DNA of 59,618 nt, counting the filler, from Basidiobolus ranarum (taxonomy: Eukaryota), in NCBI GenBank assembly GCA_040143965.1. It is 11 parts of 11 records of this genome, joined end to end, with 100 filler letters (N's around TTAATTAATTAA, not from the genome) between each part and the next. Parts side by side here need not be neighbours in the genome. Positions count along the whole stretch, not along the records: positions 1 to 5,342 come from JASJQH010008501.1; positions 5,443 to 10,782 come from JASJQH010008502.1; positions 10,883 to 16,220 come from JASJQH010008503.1; 8 more parts are not named here. One strand, written 5' to 3'. Below, in pieces: positions 1-11,238 of the stretch. Made by a program: the position numbers and the translations under genes. Numbering within the stretch: position 1 is the stretch's first letter; the number at the start of each line of letters is the position of its first letter. The notes beneath the pieces were generated by a model that worked only from the letters and a program-made list of their open reading frames with translations, searched no databases and was not told the origin of the DNA.

Positions 1-625
1 CTAGAGTTCTCATAGATTGTTGGCAATCATGTGCAACTAGGTTGCTAGATCTTGAAATTTTGCTCATGAATGAGCATAAATTGATTAAAATCAAATCTAA
101 CTTTACAATTTTATGGCGGTAAGGAAACAGTCAATCCAAAATGGATAAAAATTGTGATGGTTTTCTTACAATAATTTACCATTGGAATATTGCAATGCCA
201 TTGAGAAATTGTACAAAATCTAAATCAAATTGGCCTCCAAGCAAATGCCTGCTGACAGGAAAATAAGAACAGCAAGAAAAGATGACTTATTTGATGAGCA
301 CTCTATCTATCAACTTTCTACTTTCAAAGGCATGAATATGCCAGGAACAAACTCAAGTAGCATGTAGAATTAATTCACTTACCAGATGTGTTTCTTTCCA
401 GCAACTGTGGAAGTGAGGTGATTACAATCTCCAAATTTTGTACCAAATCAATAGTTGAGCAAGGTTCAGCAGAAGCAACATAAAGACAATCAACCTCCAA
501 AATGCCTACTTTGCCAGCTATTCAACACCCCTGTGAAAACAATTACAATAGAATGATTACAAAAAGGGAATCCCAGGCCAAACACAAAATGATTTGTATG
601 CAATCTCAGGTGAAAACTACAAAGT
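1..625 (+). mobile_element. Fragments of the CACTA-associated second gene (ORF2) and its 3' flank
   Basis: 1-180 resembles 29520-29700 and 11030-11205; about 180-625 resembles 27700-28145. Degenerate and CpG-poor. Confidence 0.65.
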
Positions 626-639
626 AGCCACTTTACCAA

Positions 640-916
640 TGTTGGCTATAGTCATCAGGCAGAAATCGTTTCAAGATTCCACCTGAATAATATTGAAATT
701 AGCTAAAAATCCCATGTCTCATAATAGAAGCAAACATATAGATATTAAGTATCACTTCATTAGAGAGACTATAGAGAATAAGTTTATTGACTTAACTTAG
801 TGTTCTACAGAAGACATGATTGCCAGTATATTAATCAAACCATTTGCTAGACAGAAATTTGAGAAATTTAGACCTTTATTAGGATTAGTTTATATGACTG
901 TTGAGTTGAGGAAGAT
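640..916 (+). mobile_element. Ty1/copia RNase H C-terminus plus polypurine tract (family A), degenerate
   Basis: Translates LAKNPMSHNRSKHIDIKYHFIRE...CSTEDMIASILIKPF...LGL, followed by purine-rich GAGTTGAGGAAGA just before an LTR. Confidence 0.9.
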
Positions 917-1448
917 TGTTGAAATTAGCTTTTTCTAAGCACCAATTTAGTTATATATATCATAGTACTTAGTTCTCTTATAATCCACTAAGATATTATC
1001 CTCCATTCTCAATTGGAATTTACTCAAAATATTTTTAGCAACTTAGAATTTCTCAGATATATAGGACTTGTTCCATTGTGCCAGGATTTATTGGACCTTG
1101 GATCAATATATTAGAGTAAGTGTGATTGAAATTGATCATGCCAGAGGGTGATGGATAATGCCAAATTGTGCCACATAAATTTTAGAATAATTTATCCAAT
1201 ATGATATATACAGCACAATATGGCACTATCAAAGAGAACAAGTCCATAGATTTTTCAAACTTGTGCCAGAAGCCCCACACTTTGCACACAAGTTCCTGGG
1301 ACCTTCTGTAACACATTCAACATGTTAGTTTGCTTAGATCTTGTCAAACTATAAATTTCAACTTTCTACTCAATAACTCAATGAGTGACAACCACCAATT
1401 CCTCTAATTCTCCAAAACACTCCCAACAGGCTCCCAAATACATTAGCA
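917..1448 (+). mobile_element. Copia 3' LTR, family A (~347 bp), interrupted by a MITE
   Basis: Starts TGTTGAAATTAGC after the PPT and ends TAGCA. Homologous to 20655-21002, 30081-30426 and 50837-51156. Confidence 0.85.
1064..1245. mobile_element. 182-bp MITE with GGACTTGTTC terminal inverted repeats and ATA target-site duplication
   Basis: GGACTTGTTC...GAACAAGTCC flanked by ATA at 1061-1063 and 1246-1248. An empty-site LTR copy (3445-3465, minus) carries a single ATA. Confidence 0.9.
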
Positions 1449-1499
1449 AATATATACAAATCCAATACTTCCAGTCTGTGCATTTGGTTAAATGCCTTG

Positions 1500-3420
1500 A
1501 TTAGTGTATATTCAAGGGAGTGCTGGTAAAATAAAATGGTATCTTGATAGTTTGAAGCATTTTCTCAATCAATGCAAACTTTGACTCTATCTTAAATGGC
1601 TCATTGAGATTGAATTTCCACAGTATAGTGGAGTAGTAATATTGAAATATTATAAGATATTAAGTGCATGGTGCCTAATGGGAAGCTTTGGCTCCAGCTG
1701 ATCCCCTTTAGCAATATAATCTTAGGCTAATGGCTAATCCTAAGTATGATGTTAGACTGATTAGTAGGTGAATTGATATCAGTAAACATGCAGATATCTG
1801 ACTGGGCTATATAAGGCAAAACCATGGAGTTTTGTGTTCTATTTGGACAATAGTAATAAATATGCCTAGTAGAGTAAACTCCATGGCTCTGACAAAATCT
1901 ACAGCAAGACAGTACAATATGTCCACAAAAACCTCCAAGTTTACTAATGGCCGGAGTGTCACCAGTACATACAATAATACTAGCTTTCAAAAGATATTTA
2001 CCTCTCTGAACCCATTCAATTGCCATTCAAATTCCACAATCAAAGGCTCTAGGAAGCTATATATAAACACTGGTGATTTTGGTCCAGATATGATGAATAG
2101 TATCAAAATGCTATGACTCTTAAACTGTTCCAAAGGAGGAAGATTTAAGTTAATTAAAATTGTTGGCCAACAAGCCTCTTTAATGGTATATTTGTTTATT
2201 GAGAAACCTTCCAGAGCCTATGCAAATGGGTGATCATATGTGTCCTCAAAGAAACCTTGACTTTTCAGATTCAGGTAGCTATATCCATCAGATGTATTGG
2301 TAATACTATCAGCTTTACAGTGAGTACTTTGATAAAGGATCAATGCTCTATATTTGGGTGAGTTCATCAAAACTTTAAGATGAGGAATCAATCAATGGTA
2401 TGAAATCCAAATTTGAATAATATTTATCTTATTCATTGATTGCCAATTGGGTGCAAACAGTACATGACTTCATGTTTTTCAGATTGCCAGTGAAAGCCAA
2501 ACAACCATTTGGACATCATGGTAGTTGAATTACTGAAGGATTTTAAGTCTTACAATTGACAAGTGTTTTCTACTTGTACTAGGTCTGTGGCTAGCAACAG
2601 TTGCCAATCAAATGTGATAAATATGTAAGAAAGCAAATAAACACCTGGTTGCTGGGATTGGATTGAACTCTTCACTCCTTAATAATCAAATCTGCTTCAT
2701 TTACTGTGAGTATCACAAGTTGACCAATGTTTGCTGATAACACAGAGTCCATAATAAAATATTTGTCTTCTTCTTCATCTTCTGATATGCTACAATCTGT
2801 ACTGGAATAACTAAGGTCAGCATCTAGCAGTATTGCCTCAAAGTTGTGTGGACTTACTGGTGCAACTAAAATTGCATTTCAACCTACATCATTCTAGTCC
2901 CATAACTGTGTTCACTCCATAGTATCCTGACTTTTAGCAGTGTTACCAAACCTTTGTGGTAAAGCACAGCCAGTGGACTCACTGGGCATAACTAAAGCTG
3001 ATTTGGTGCACTCATTACTGTTGATATTCACCAGGCTTTGTGCAGCTGGTGGATTTGTATAGTGCTTGTGATTATCTCTTTTAAGAAACCTCTGGCTTTG
3101 ATAGCACAAGCATTTGTGACATTAATAGCTAGGTTTCTTTTGAAATTTGTGTTGTGGGATCAGAAAGATATTGTAGAACGTAGATATTGTAGAACGTAGA
3201 TCTTCTCCAATGTAAGGGTAGTTTTTGAATACATCTCATCAATTTCATCAGCTGATTCTTAGATGGCATCACTGATGAGTTATCAGGAGATTTACAGATT
3301 ATTTCTGGTAATGGCTGGTAATTTTGGTTTCCAATAAGCCGTTTCCAAGCAATTTGATTTAACCAAGTTTACCATCTGAATATTTCAATGCCATTTTAAA
3401 TGCTTTCAAAATCCAAATCT
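1500..3420 (-). mobile_element. CACTA (En/Spm) transposase remnant, Transposase_21/Tnp2 type, with start of divergent ORF2
   Basis: Minus-strand motifs ACWPTILINLNLPPLEQFKSHSILILFIISGPKSPVFIYSFLEPLIVE and GDTPAISKLGGFCGH..CRFC. Many stops and frameshifts. Confidence 0.85.
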
Positions 3421-3423
3421 GGT

Positions 3424-3885
3424 TTGGGGCTTCAAGCACAAGTTTGATAAATCTATATATCTGAGAACATTGAAGTTGGTAAAAATATTTTAAGCAAATT
3501 CCAATTGACAATAATGGAATATATCTTAGTGAATTAAAATATAGTCAAGTACTAAGCTATGTGTGACTATATGGGTGTTTAGGCAATACTTATTTCAATA
3601 CTCTCCCTTGACTAAATAGTCATATAAGCTAATCCTAATAAGGGTCTATATTTCTCTAATTTCTATCTAGTTAATGGTTTTGTTCATATATGAGCAATCC
3701 TATCTTCTATAGAACATTACATTAAGGATATAAACTTATTCTCTATAGTCTCACTAATGAAGTGATGTCTAATACCAATATATTTTCTACTATTATGAAA
3801 TGTGGGATTCTTAGCTAATATGATTCAACTTTTTATAACTTGAAATATTGTAGTTGGCAAATTTTGAGAATAACCTAAATCTGTT
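3424..3885 (-). mobile_element. Copia family A RNase H end, PPT and partial 3' LTR
   Basis: Minus-strand LAKNPTFHNSRKYIGIRHHFISE. LTR-A 5' part at 3424-3600, PPT at 3601-3613. Confidence 0.85.
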
Positions 3886-4833
3886 TATTGGGAAAATAAG
3901 GGCTGTGTGGAGAAACTTTAGAAAAGTGGAGTTATCAATAGCTTTGGTGAGATAATAATTTATTGTCCAGAAATAAAGCATTTATACATTTTAGTGCAAA
4001 TACAGAAGACTAACACTGGGGATGTGTTCAAAACATCTGTTGGAGTAAAATGAGCTAATTTGGAGTAACTAGGACAAGTTTGAATTTTCCAACATGGAAT
4101 TGCTAATTCTCACATTATTTACATGTATATATAAAATATGTTCCAATTATCAGCTAAGCAATATTCAACTAAGCAATATTGACTAACTTATAGGTGATAT
4201 AAGAAATAGTTAGGTGTATAAAGACAGAGATAACAAATATGATAAAGACAATGAACTTCAACACTCCCACTCAACTAAATACTCATATTTCTAAATCCTA
4301 ACTTATATCTTAATTCTTCAAATTTTGGCTTGGAAAATGGTTTGGTAAAAATGTTGGTAATTATGTCCTCAGTTGAATAGTACTCTAGTTGCATGTGCTT
4401 ATTCTCAATAGCTTCCCTAATAAAGTGAGGTTGAATGTCAATGTGCTTGCTTCTGGCATGAAATTTGGGATTTTTGCTAAAGAAATACAACCTTGCTTAT
4501 CCTTCAAAATTATGGTGGGCAAACTTTGAAAAATGCCCAAGTCTTTGAGCAGTTTCCTTAACCACATAGCCTACTTTGTTGTATGTGATGCTGCCATATA
4601 TTCTGCTTAAGTTGTTGAAAGTGCTATAGTGGGTTTTTTCTTGCTCTTTCAAGATATGGCTGCTTGACTATAGAGAAAGGTATATCCAGTGATAGATCTT
4701 CTGTCCGCAATATCACATCCCTAATTGGCTATACTAAACCCAATTAGATCCTTATTCTCATAAGAATATGTGTATCTTAATCCCAGATCAATTGATCCCT
4801 TCAAATATATGAAAATCCGCTTAACTGCTGCAT
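3886..4833 (-). mobile_element. Copia family D: RT end/RNase H, PPT and 3' LTR (3886-4263)
   Basis: ORFs MWLRKLLKDLG... and KNPKFHARSKHIDIQPHFIRE. PPT AGTTGAGTGGGAG precedes TGTTGAAG. The LTR is homologous to 15525-15829. Confidence 0.88.
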
Positions 4834-5342
4834 TGTCATGATTCTAATATCAGCATACTGATCCACTACAAATAGAACTCCTCTAGTTTTAGATTATGAC
4901 ATCATATCTGCTGTGCCATCCCTTCTTGGCAATCTTGTGTTAGTTCATCCAGATTACCTCATATGGAAGTCACGTTCTTTGGAACATTACATGAAACCTA
5001 ACCAATCATGTCATCCAACACATAGTGTATTTCTGCCATGACCCTCCATGGAAGGTCACCTGATCATCCTTACATTACCCTTACATCATGCCTCTTTGTA
5101 TTGGTCCTTGTAGTCCCCAACACCCTGACTCTTGAACTTGCCACAGTATATTCCTTATGCAGTATATCTTGTTTTACCTTGTAAGATCTCTATAAGCCCA
5201 ATGTATTCCTTGATCAGACCTCAGCCTGATCAATGCCAGTTATCAATAAAGATTCTTGCCAAAGTATCTTCCCTTAATAGTCCCCAATACCCCAACGCTT
5301 GAACTTGCCACAGTATATTCCCTTTTCAGTATATTATGTTTC
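4834..5342 (+). mobile_element. LTR-like repeat, family C (probably gypsy-type), truncated by contig end
   Basis: Begins TGTCATGA at the break in copia RT; second copy starts identically at 15830. Has TATAA, AATAAA and an internal ~45-bp direct repeat (5111, 5278). Confidence 0.65.
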
Positions 5343-5442
5343 NNNNNNNNNNNNNNNNNNNNNNNNNNNNNNNNNNNNNNNNNNNNTTAATTAATTAANN
5401 NNNNNNNNNNNNNNNNNNNNNNNNNNNNNNNNNNNNNNNNNN
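5343..5442. other. Artificial contig linker
   Basis: N44-TTAATTAATTAA-N44, giving stops in all six frames. Confidence 0.99.
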
Positions 5443-7700
5443 GCTCGCGGCCTTGTTGTGACAGCTTCGTATGATATTGCTCACGCAAATTTTGAACCTG
5501 TGTCTGGAGGGCTTCAATAGTGTGACGTGACATACGAAGCAAATCTTCAAGTGAAGAAATCTTTGCTTTAAGCTTTCCAATAAGTCCATCAGCTCTCATG
5601 GCTATCTCTCCTTCTAACTCAGCTTGGCGACGAGTGGCCGCCCCGGCAATCTCCTTTGCCTCTTTAGCGGCCTCCAGAGCTTCTTGAAGCTGATCCCCAT
5701 CAGCTAATTTGGATACTAATGAGCCTACTGATACACCGTAACTAGAAGAGAAATCGTGATCAATCCCCCGTCTATCTAGAACTATTTGAGTGACCAGTGT
5801 GTCGATAAGCTGGAAGCACTTATTTCTCGTATCGTCGCCATCATTTTCATTTCTGATCATCAATAGGTGTTGTAGAACCGACAGTAAAAAATCTTTCGCC
5901 TTGGTATCTTCTACCGAATTCATTAACGCATCAAATACATCTCTTGGATCATTAAGATCTTGGAGCATCTGATGATTATAAAGTTCAGAGAGCTCTAGGT
6001 AGTCCTGATCACTGAGTTGATCAAATAGCTGAACATGTCGGAGTATTAGCTCATCATTAAAACCCACGACTTTTTTTATAATCCGGTCTAAGCCAGCCGC
6101 GTTCATTTGGTTTCGAATGTGAGTTCTCATTTCAAGGTCCTCATACCCACTGATCAGTCCATTTACTAACATGAGGTTGGTTATCTACAAGTATATACAG
6201 TCACATTTAATTCATATTTGTAACAACAATATCATGGATGTTTAAAGATTTGGTTATTGTACATACCACATATTCGACAAGTTCACGATCTGCGCCCGCA
6301 CTCTTCTTGACTTCTTCACTAGCACCAACAAGGGAGCCTAATATGCCTCTACCATCTATAGTATTCTCAAGAGATTTCATCCAAGCTTCAAATCTCAAAT
6401 GATGATTTCTAGCTCGTTTGACTTGATCTAATCCTTTCAATACATAGTCACAACCACGCGTTTCAAAGTAGCATATGAAGGTAAGGAACTCAGCAACAAG
6501 TTTTCTTGTTGGTAGAAATGCTGAGTCCAAAGAATATGTGATATTGATGATTACTTTTGGTTGCTCTAACGCCTCTTGGGCTCCCCACTACATGGATATC
6601 AACATTGGTTAGGTCAAAAAATAAATAGGAATCAAGTATTAAAAGGCTACCTTCGTGTTTAAAATAGATTTTAAACATTTGATAATCTCAAACTCTATTT
6701 GGAGATCATTATCTTTTCTAATATTTCATAGATGACAGTTAGTTTTATAGAATAAACGAAAGAGATGAAATAGAAGATTGTCTTACTTGTTGGACTTTCG
6801 TCCTAACGAGATCAATGTATCTGATAGTAGCTTCAATCCACTTAACTCAAGGAAGTGATGAACCCAACTAGATAGAAAAGAAAGGCGTTATTATTTACTC
6901 AAGATTAATCGATACTTCAATGGGTATGCCACTATGTGAATTGACATTATACATATCCATTATCGTATTACCTAATTGGCTGTGTTGCTAGAGACACACG
7001 TAACGAGACGAACAACTTGAGAGGTATGTAACGAACTTCAGTTTGAGAGATTTTTTGAACGTAATACTCCGGAGTAGAACGATCCAATTTCCCATCATTA
7101 CGACTCCGATTTTTGACCTTTGTTGTAGAAAAGAGATTATTTAATAAAAATTCGCTCAAATTTGAAGGCCAGCTGCTATTACGTCTTCAAATTCTCTTTG
7201 TTTCTGAGAAACAATAATCATCCACTTGGTATCCGTCGGTAGCTTTCGCATAGCCTCACGTTTACTTTCATCGAGGTCCATAGAGTCCTAAAATAAGTTA
7301 ATAAAGTTAATCAAAATGAAGGTAAGATAATAATCAGCTTTCAAGATGATACCATTAATTTCTCTAAAGCTTCATTTAAGTGATCCTCACTTTTAGGATG
7401 GTCGTTGCTCGACATAGTAGAAGCCATAGAATCTCTGTACCCATTACTTGACCCAATAGAGGCTGAAGATGTCGTTGAGGCTAAAGAATATGTGGTAGGG
7501 GAACGTCTGAATGCGGAAGAATTATGCTGACTCGGTGGGCTATGGGAAGATAGCATACTTTGACCACTACTACTGAAGGTACTCATTCGAGTAGGAGTGG
7601 CAGGAGAAGTGTAGTACGAGATGATATCCGCATTGTCCATTGGAGAGGTAATCTCCAAGCTTGGACTTGGTTTGTTCTTCTTTTTCCTGAACAAGTCCAT
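5443..7700 (-). CDS. Formin (SepA/Bni1-like), N-terminal GBD/FH3 region, 3'-truncated
   Basis: Exons with GT-AG introns: 7700-7353, 7287-7183, 7117-6972, 6867-6787, 6717-6651, 6587-6267, 6184-5443. Motifs SLRVSLATQPISWV..FL, EIIKCLKSILNT, TRKLVAEFL, DLEMRTHIRNQM, FLLSVLQHLLMI, then coiled coil. Confidence 0.93.
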
Positions 7701-9132
7701 GATAGTGTGTATTCGATAAAGACGTGGTGTGACTTTGATTCAACGCAATAATACGAATTAAAAATCACCCCTTTATCTTCGATCCCAAGTTCGTTCCAAA
7801 GGCTTGGGATTAAGATAAGTAGAGTGTCCGCTTTATCGATTGGAAGTTGAAGTGTTTTGTGCTCTTATAGAACTGAATATAGGTCTGCGGTAAACTAGAA
7901 TAAATATTTATAATATTCTTTGGAAATGTACTCTGACAGAAAGAAGAGAGGGCACTAGTGATTATCAATAATTCGGAGGCGATAATTAGCAAGGGAGAGA
8001 TTGTATGGAAGGATGTAAATCAATTCGCTTTGGATTGGAGTAATCACATAAAGAAATGTGAAATATGGATGAATTTCACATCAATTTCTACAATCATTTG
8101 AATAAAAACTAAAATAAGAGTATTTCCGCTATAATATGTAAAGCAATTAATATATACGCTCAGCTGTGGAGTCACAATCAAACCAAGCATTTATGTTGAA
8201 TCCAGCTTAATGAAGCATTTACGTGCTTCTTCCCCGCAATTCCATTCTCTCCAACCATCATTGACAAACACTAATAACCATCAGGCCAAATAAAGCTTTC
8301 TGAGTTTCTCCCTTCGTATCAAAGCCAAACTTCAATGTCTGTGGAATGGATACCATTCGGGTGCAACCTGCCTTGTCAACTAGGGCATAGAGTAACCTTG
8401 GTGGGACACCAATTAGGAATTTAAGGGATCCAAATAAGACTCAAGTATAAATTGCTTCATCTGTTCAATCGGCTTTGATTGGGCTACCAGACTCTTAATT
8501 AATAACTTGAACATAAATATGTCCAGCAATCCAAATTAGAAATCAAAGCTGGACCACCTATGAGATCCAGAGATTGAGTCCAATTACTAATGAGGGCTGA
8601 ATTCGACACGTACCCACATATATGATGTAGCTATTTCTCGAACACTCTCGTGTGTTTACAATCAAATCTCGATGCGAAACTCCATGAACTTCCCCTCATT
8701 CGCACATAAGCACACGTTCTTCTGCACGGAGCAACAATGACGCTACATGTCAGAGAGGCATATGAGAGAGTGACTAAAGGAAATAGGTCTTTTTACTACC
8801 CCACCATGTCGAAATTTTATTGAGCAGATGAAATTGGTGCTGTGGTAAAAACATTGACGAGATTGCATGAGAGCCCTACAATCAAGTGATTATGCTGGAT
8901 TTGTCTCCAATCCTGCTCAGTTGGCTGTGTAGATCTCCATTAAGTATCGAAAATTGAAGAAAGGGACACATTCGACAGTGCTAAGGAAATGCGTGTAATC
9001 ATATAATCAGTGAACGAAATGAGATAATACAAGAGAGATAAAAGTAAAGTTGTATTCATGGAGTAATATGCTTGTGAAACTGTAAATTGGATAAATATCC
9101 TGTCAGGGGTAACATGTTCTATGGGTTTAGTT

Positions 9133-10045
9133 TCATTTAGTTACTGGTACCACACGGACTTGTCGAAGGTTGCTCTCCTCATCTGAATCTTCCTCCAGAA
9201 TATAACCAGGTGAGATTCCAGAGTGTACGGTATCATAATTTCCCTCCTCAACCTCCGATTGACTATCAGTAGAGAACTCAATCTTCCCCTTTCGATCATT
9301 GGTATGATGCTGTTGATTTCTAAGTAATAAATAAGTTAACTTTCACAGCAAGAAAAATGATGTCTAGATAGATAACTTACTTCCGCAAGGCGCTGAATAG
9401 CCGGAAGAACTGTATCGTATTACGGATGACCAAGAAGACTGTTCCAGCAAGTTCACTTTTAACTCGGTTGGTGGAGCAGTCCATAAAAAGGAATATCAAA
9501 CTAACTATGCACAAGGCCACCAACACCACATCGAAAATATTCATAGCAGACTTCCAAAAAATCTTGTGCCATAAAAAGTCGCTCTTAGTTCAAGGGTCTG
9601 TCCATGATTATACCGGAAATGAACAAACCTTTCCGTATGCAATTAGTCGGATACTAACTTCGATGATCATCGTTATGTTAATGACTATCTCAAGGACTAT
9701 AAAGAAAGTTCCTGGACTGTAAATAATGTATATCAGTCAAACTGAGTGGCTTCTGTTGAGTGGGCTATATTTACATACCACTGACTTATTAGAGACAAAA
9801 CGGAAGTTATATAGAAAAGATTAGTTTTCCTAAAGTGTTGTCACATGGACTTGAAAACTTACCCAAATTACAGATATAAGTGAGAGGACAGCTAAGACGA
9901 TATACAAGACGGTATAAAACTTTGAATGCACTAGCTGATGTATCCTCTCTGACTGTGTGATGCCACGAACACCATCTTGAGCTCTATATTTAGTAAAATA
10001 AACGTCATCAGAATAGATCCTTAGTCCTTTAGGAATTCTTGACAT
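9133..10045 (-). CDS. Voltage-sensor-domain-like (Ion_trans S1-S4) membrane protein without a pore, ~213 aa
   Basis: Exons 10045-9863, probable micro-exon 9780-9779, 9716-9629, 9562-9381, 9319-9133. S2 LEIVINITMIIEVSIRL, S3 FWKSAMNIFDVVLV, S4 LVIRNTIQFFRLFSALRK, acidic tail. Confidence 0.8.
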
Positions 10046-10782
10046 ACATTTTGTCGGCCTGGTTCATTGAGAAAATTCGCACTCGGCTATATGAGTGAAG
10101 AAAAGAGGTGCTTTAATGTTTGAAGACAATCGATGTAGAATCAATGCGCAAAGAATCGGGATTAGACTAGGTGTTTCAATATTCAATGGCAACAAGGTTA
10201 TTCAGTATATTAAGGTTTGGATTTTTGATGCAACGAAGTTTATTTATTATAAAAGTTGATTCCAGATTGAGATTCATCCTGATGAAGTATATATGTTGGC
10301 TGTCTATAAGTAGATGATCAACCAAGTACCGCATTCTTTGTCATTTATACTATCAAAGCCCAAGAAGGGAAGTAGCCAATTATTAGCAAGATTCAAGTGG
10401 TTTTTGCATTGCCGTTATACCGTTCGTTGCCTTAAGAAGATATCTAGGATATAGAGTATTCGTAAAATTCGCCCAATTTATCCCAAATAGCATAGCTTTC
10501 TGGACTTTAGTTCAAATAAGGTGATTTTCTATAGAAGGCGGTTTCATTCTTTACCAAATCAGTATATGTCTGATTAATTTGACTTTTACAGGCAATGGTT
10601 AACCAGTTTTCAGCATATTGTTATCCAAGAAACTCCTTGCTCATGATTACGCGTGTCAGAAGGCAAGGTTCCTATGTCAAAGTTTATCCATAATGGTCTT
10701 TGTGTATTCCAAGCCAGTGTGGGATGTGGGGTGATTTTCAACACCTCGATCCGGAACTGGCCTAGAAATGTAACTATTATTC

Positions 10783-10882
10783 NNNNNNNNNNNNNNNNNN
10801 NNNNNNNNNNNNNNNNNNNNNNNNNNTTAATTAATTAANNNNNNNNNNNNNNNNNNNNNNNNNNNNNNNNNNNNNNNNNNNN
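10783..10882. other. Artificial contig linker
   Basis: Same 100-bp N/TTAATTAATTAA spacer. Confidence 0.99.
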
Positions 10883-11238
10883 GGTATGATCTAAACCTTG
10901 GGTATGAAGAACTCTATAAAAATATTCAGGAGAATATATCAAAGAGACTAGGGATTTCAAAGGTGACAAATTAGCATTCAAGTAATCATTGTGTAAAATT
11001 TGAGTTATGTTTTTTGCACATGTGTTGATCCATAGTTCTCTGAGATTTTAGCCAATCATGCACAAGTATTTTGTGAGATCTTGAAATTTCACTCCTGAAA
11101 CTAAAAAAATTGATTAAAATCAAATCTGACTTGACAATTATATGATGGTAAGTAAACAGTCAATCCCAAATGGATTAAAATTGTGATGGTTTTCCTACAA
11201 TAACAATCCTCAAATTTTGGTTAGGGACCACTGTAGTG
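10883..11238 (+). mobile_element. 3' end of CACTA ORF2 and candidate element terminus
   Basis: Matches 29380-29725. Reads GYEELYKNIQENISKRLGISKVTN* and ends ...CACTGTAGTG, whose reverse complement begins CACTACAG. Confidence 0.6.

Noticed and set aside
7689..7698. Perfect MITE TIR match GAACAAGTCC
   Set aside because: It is the formin start (ATG GAC TTG TTC). No partner TIR or internal similarity, so a chance 10-mer.
9426..9722. 98-aa plus-strand ORF
   Set aside because: Antisense shadow of the VSD-like gene exons.
10600..10782. Possible terminal exon at the contig edge
   Set aside because: Too short, reading frame ambiguous, no recognisable motif.
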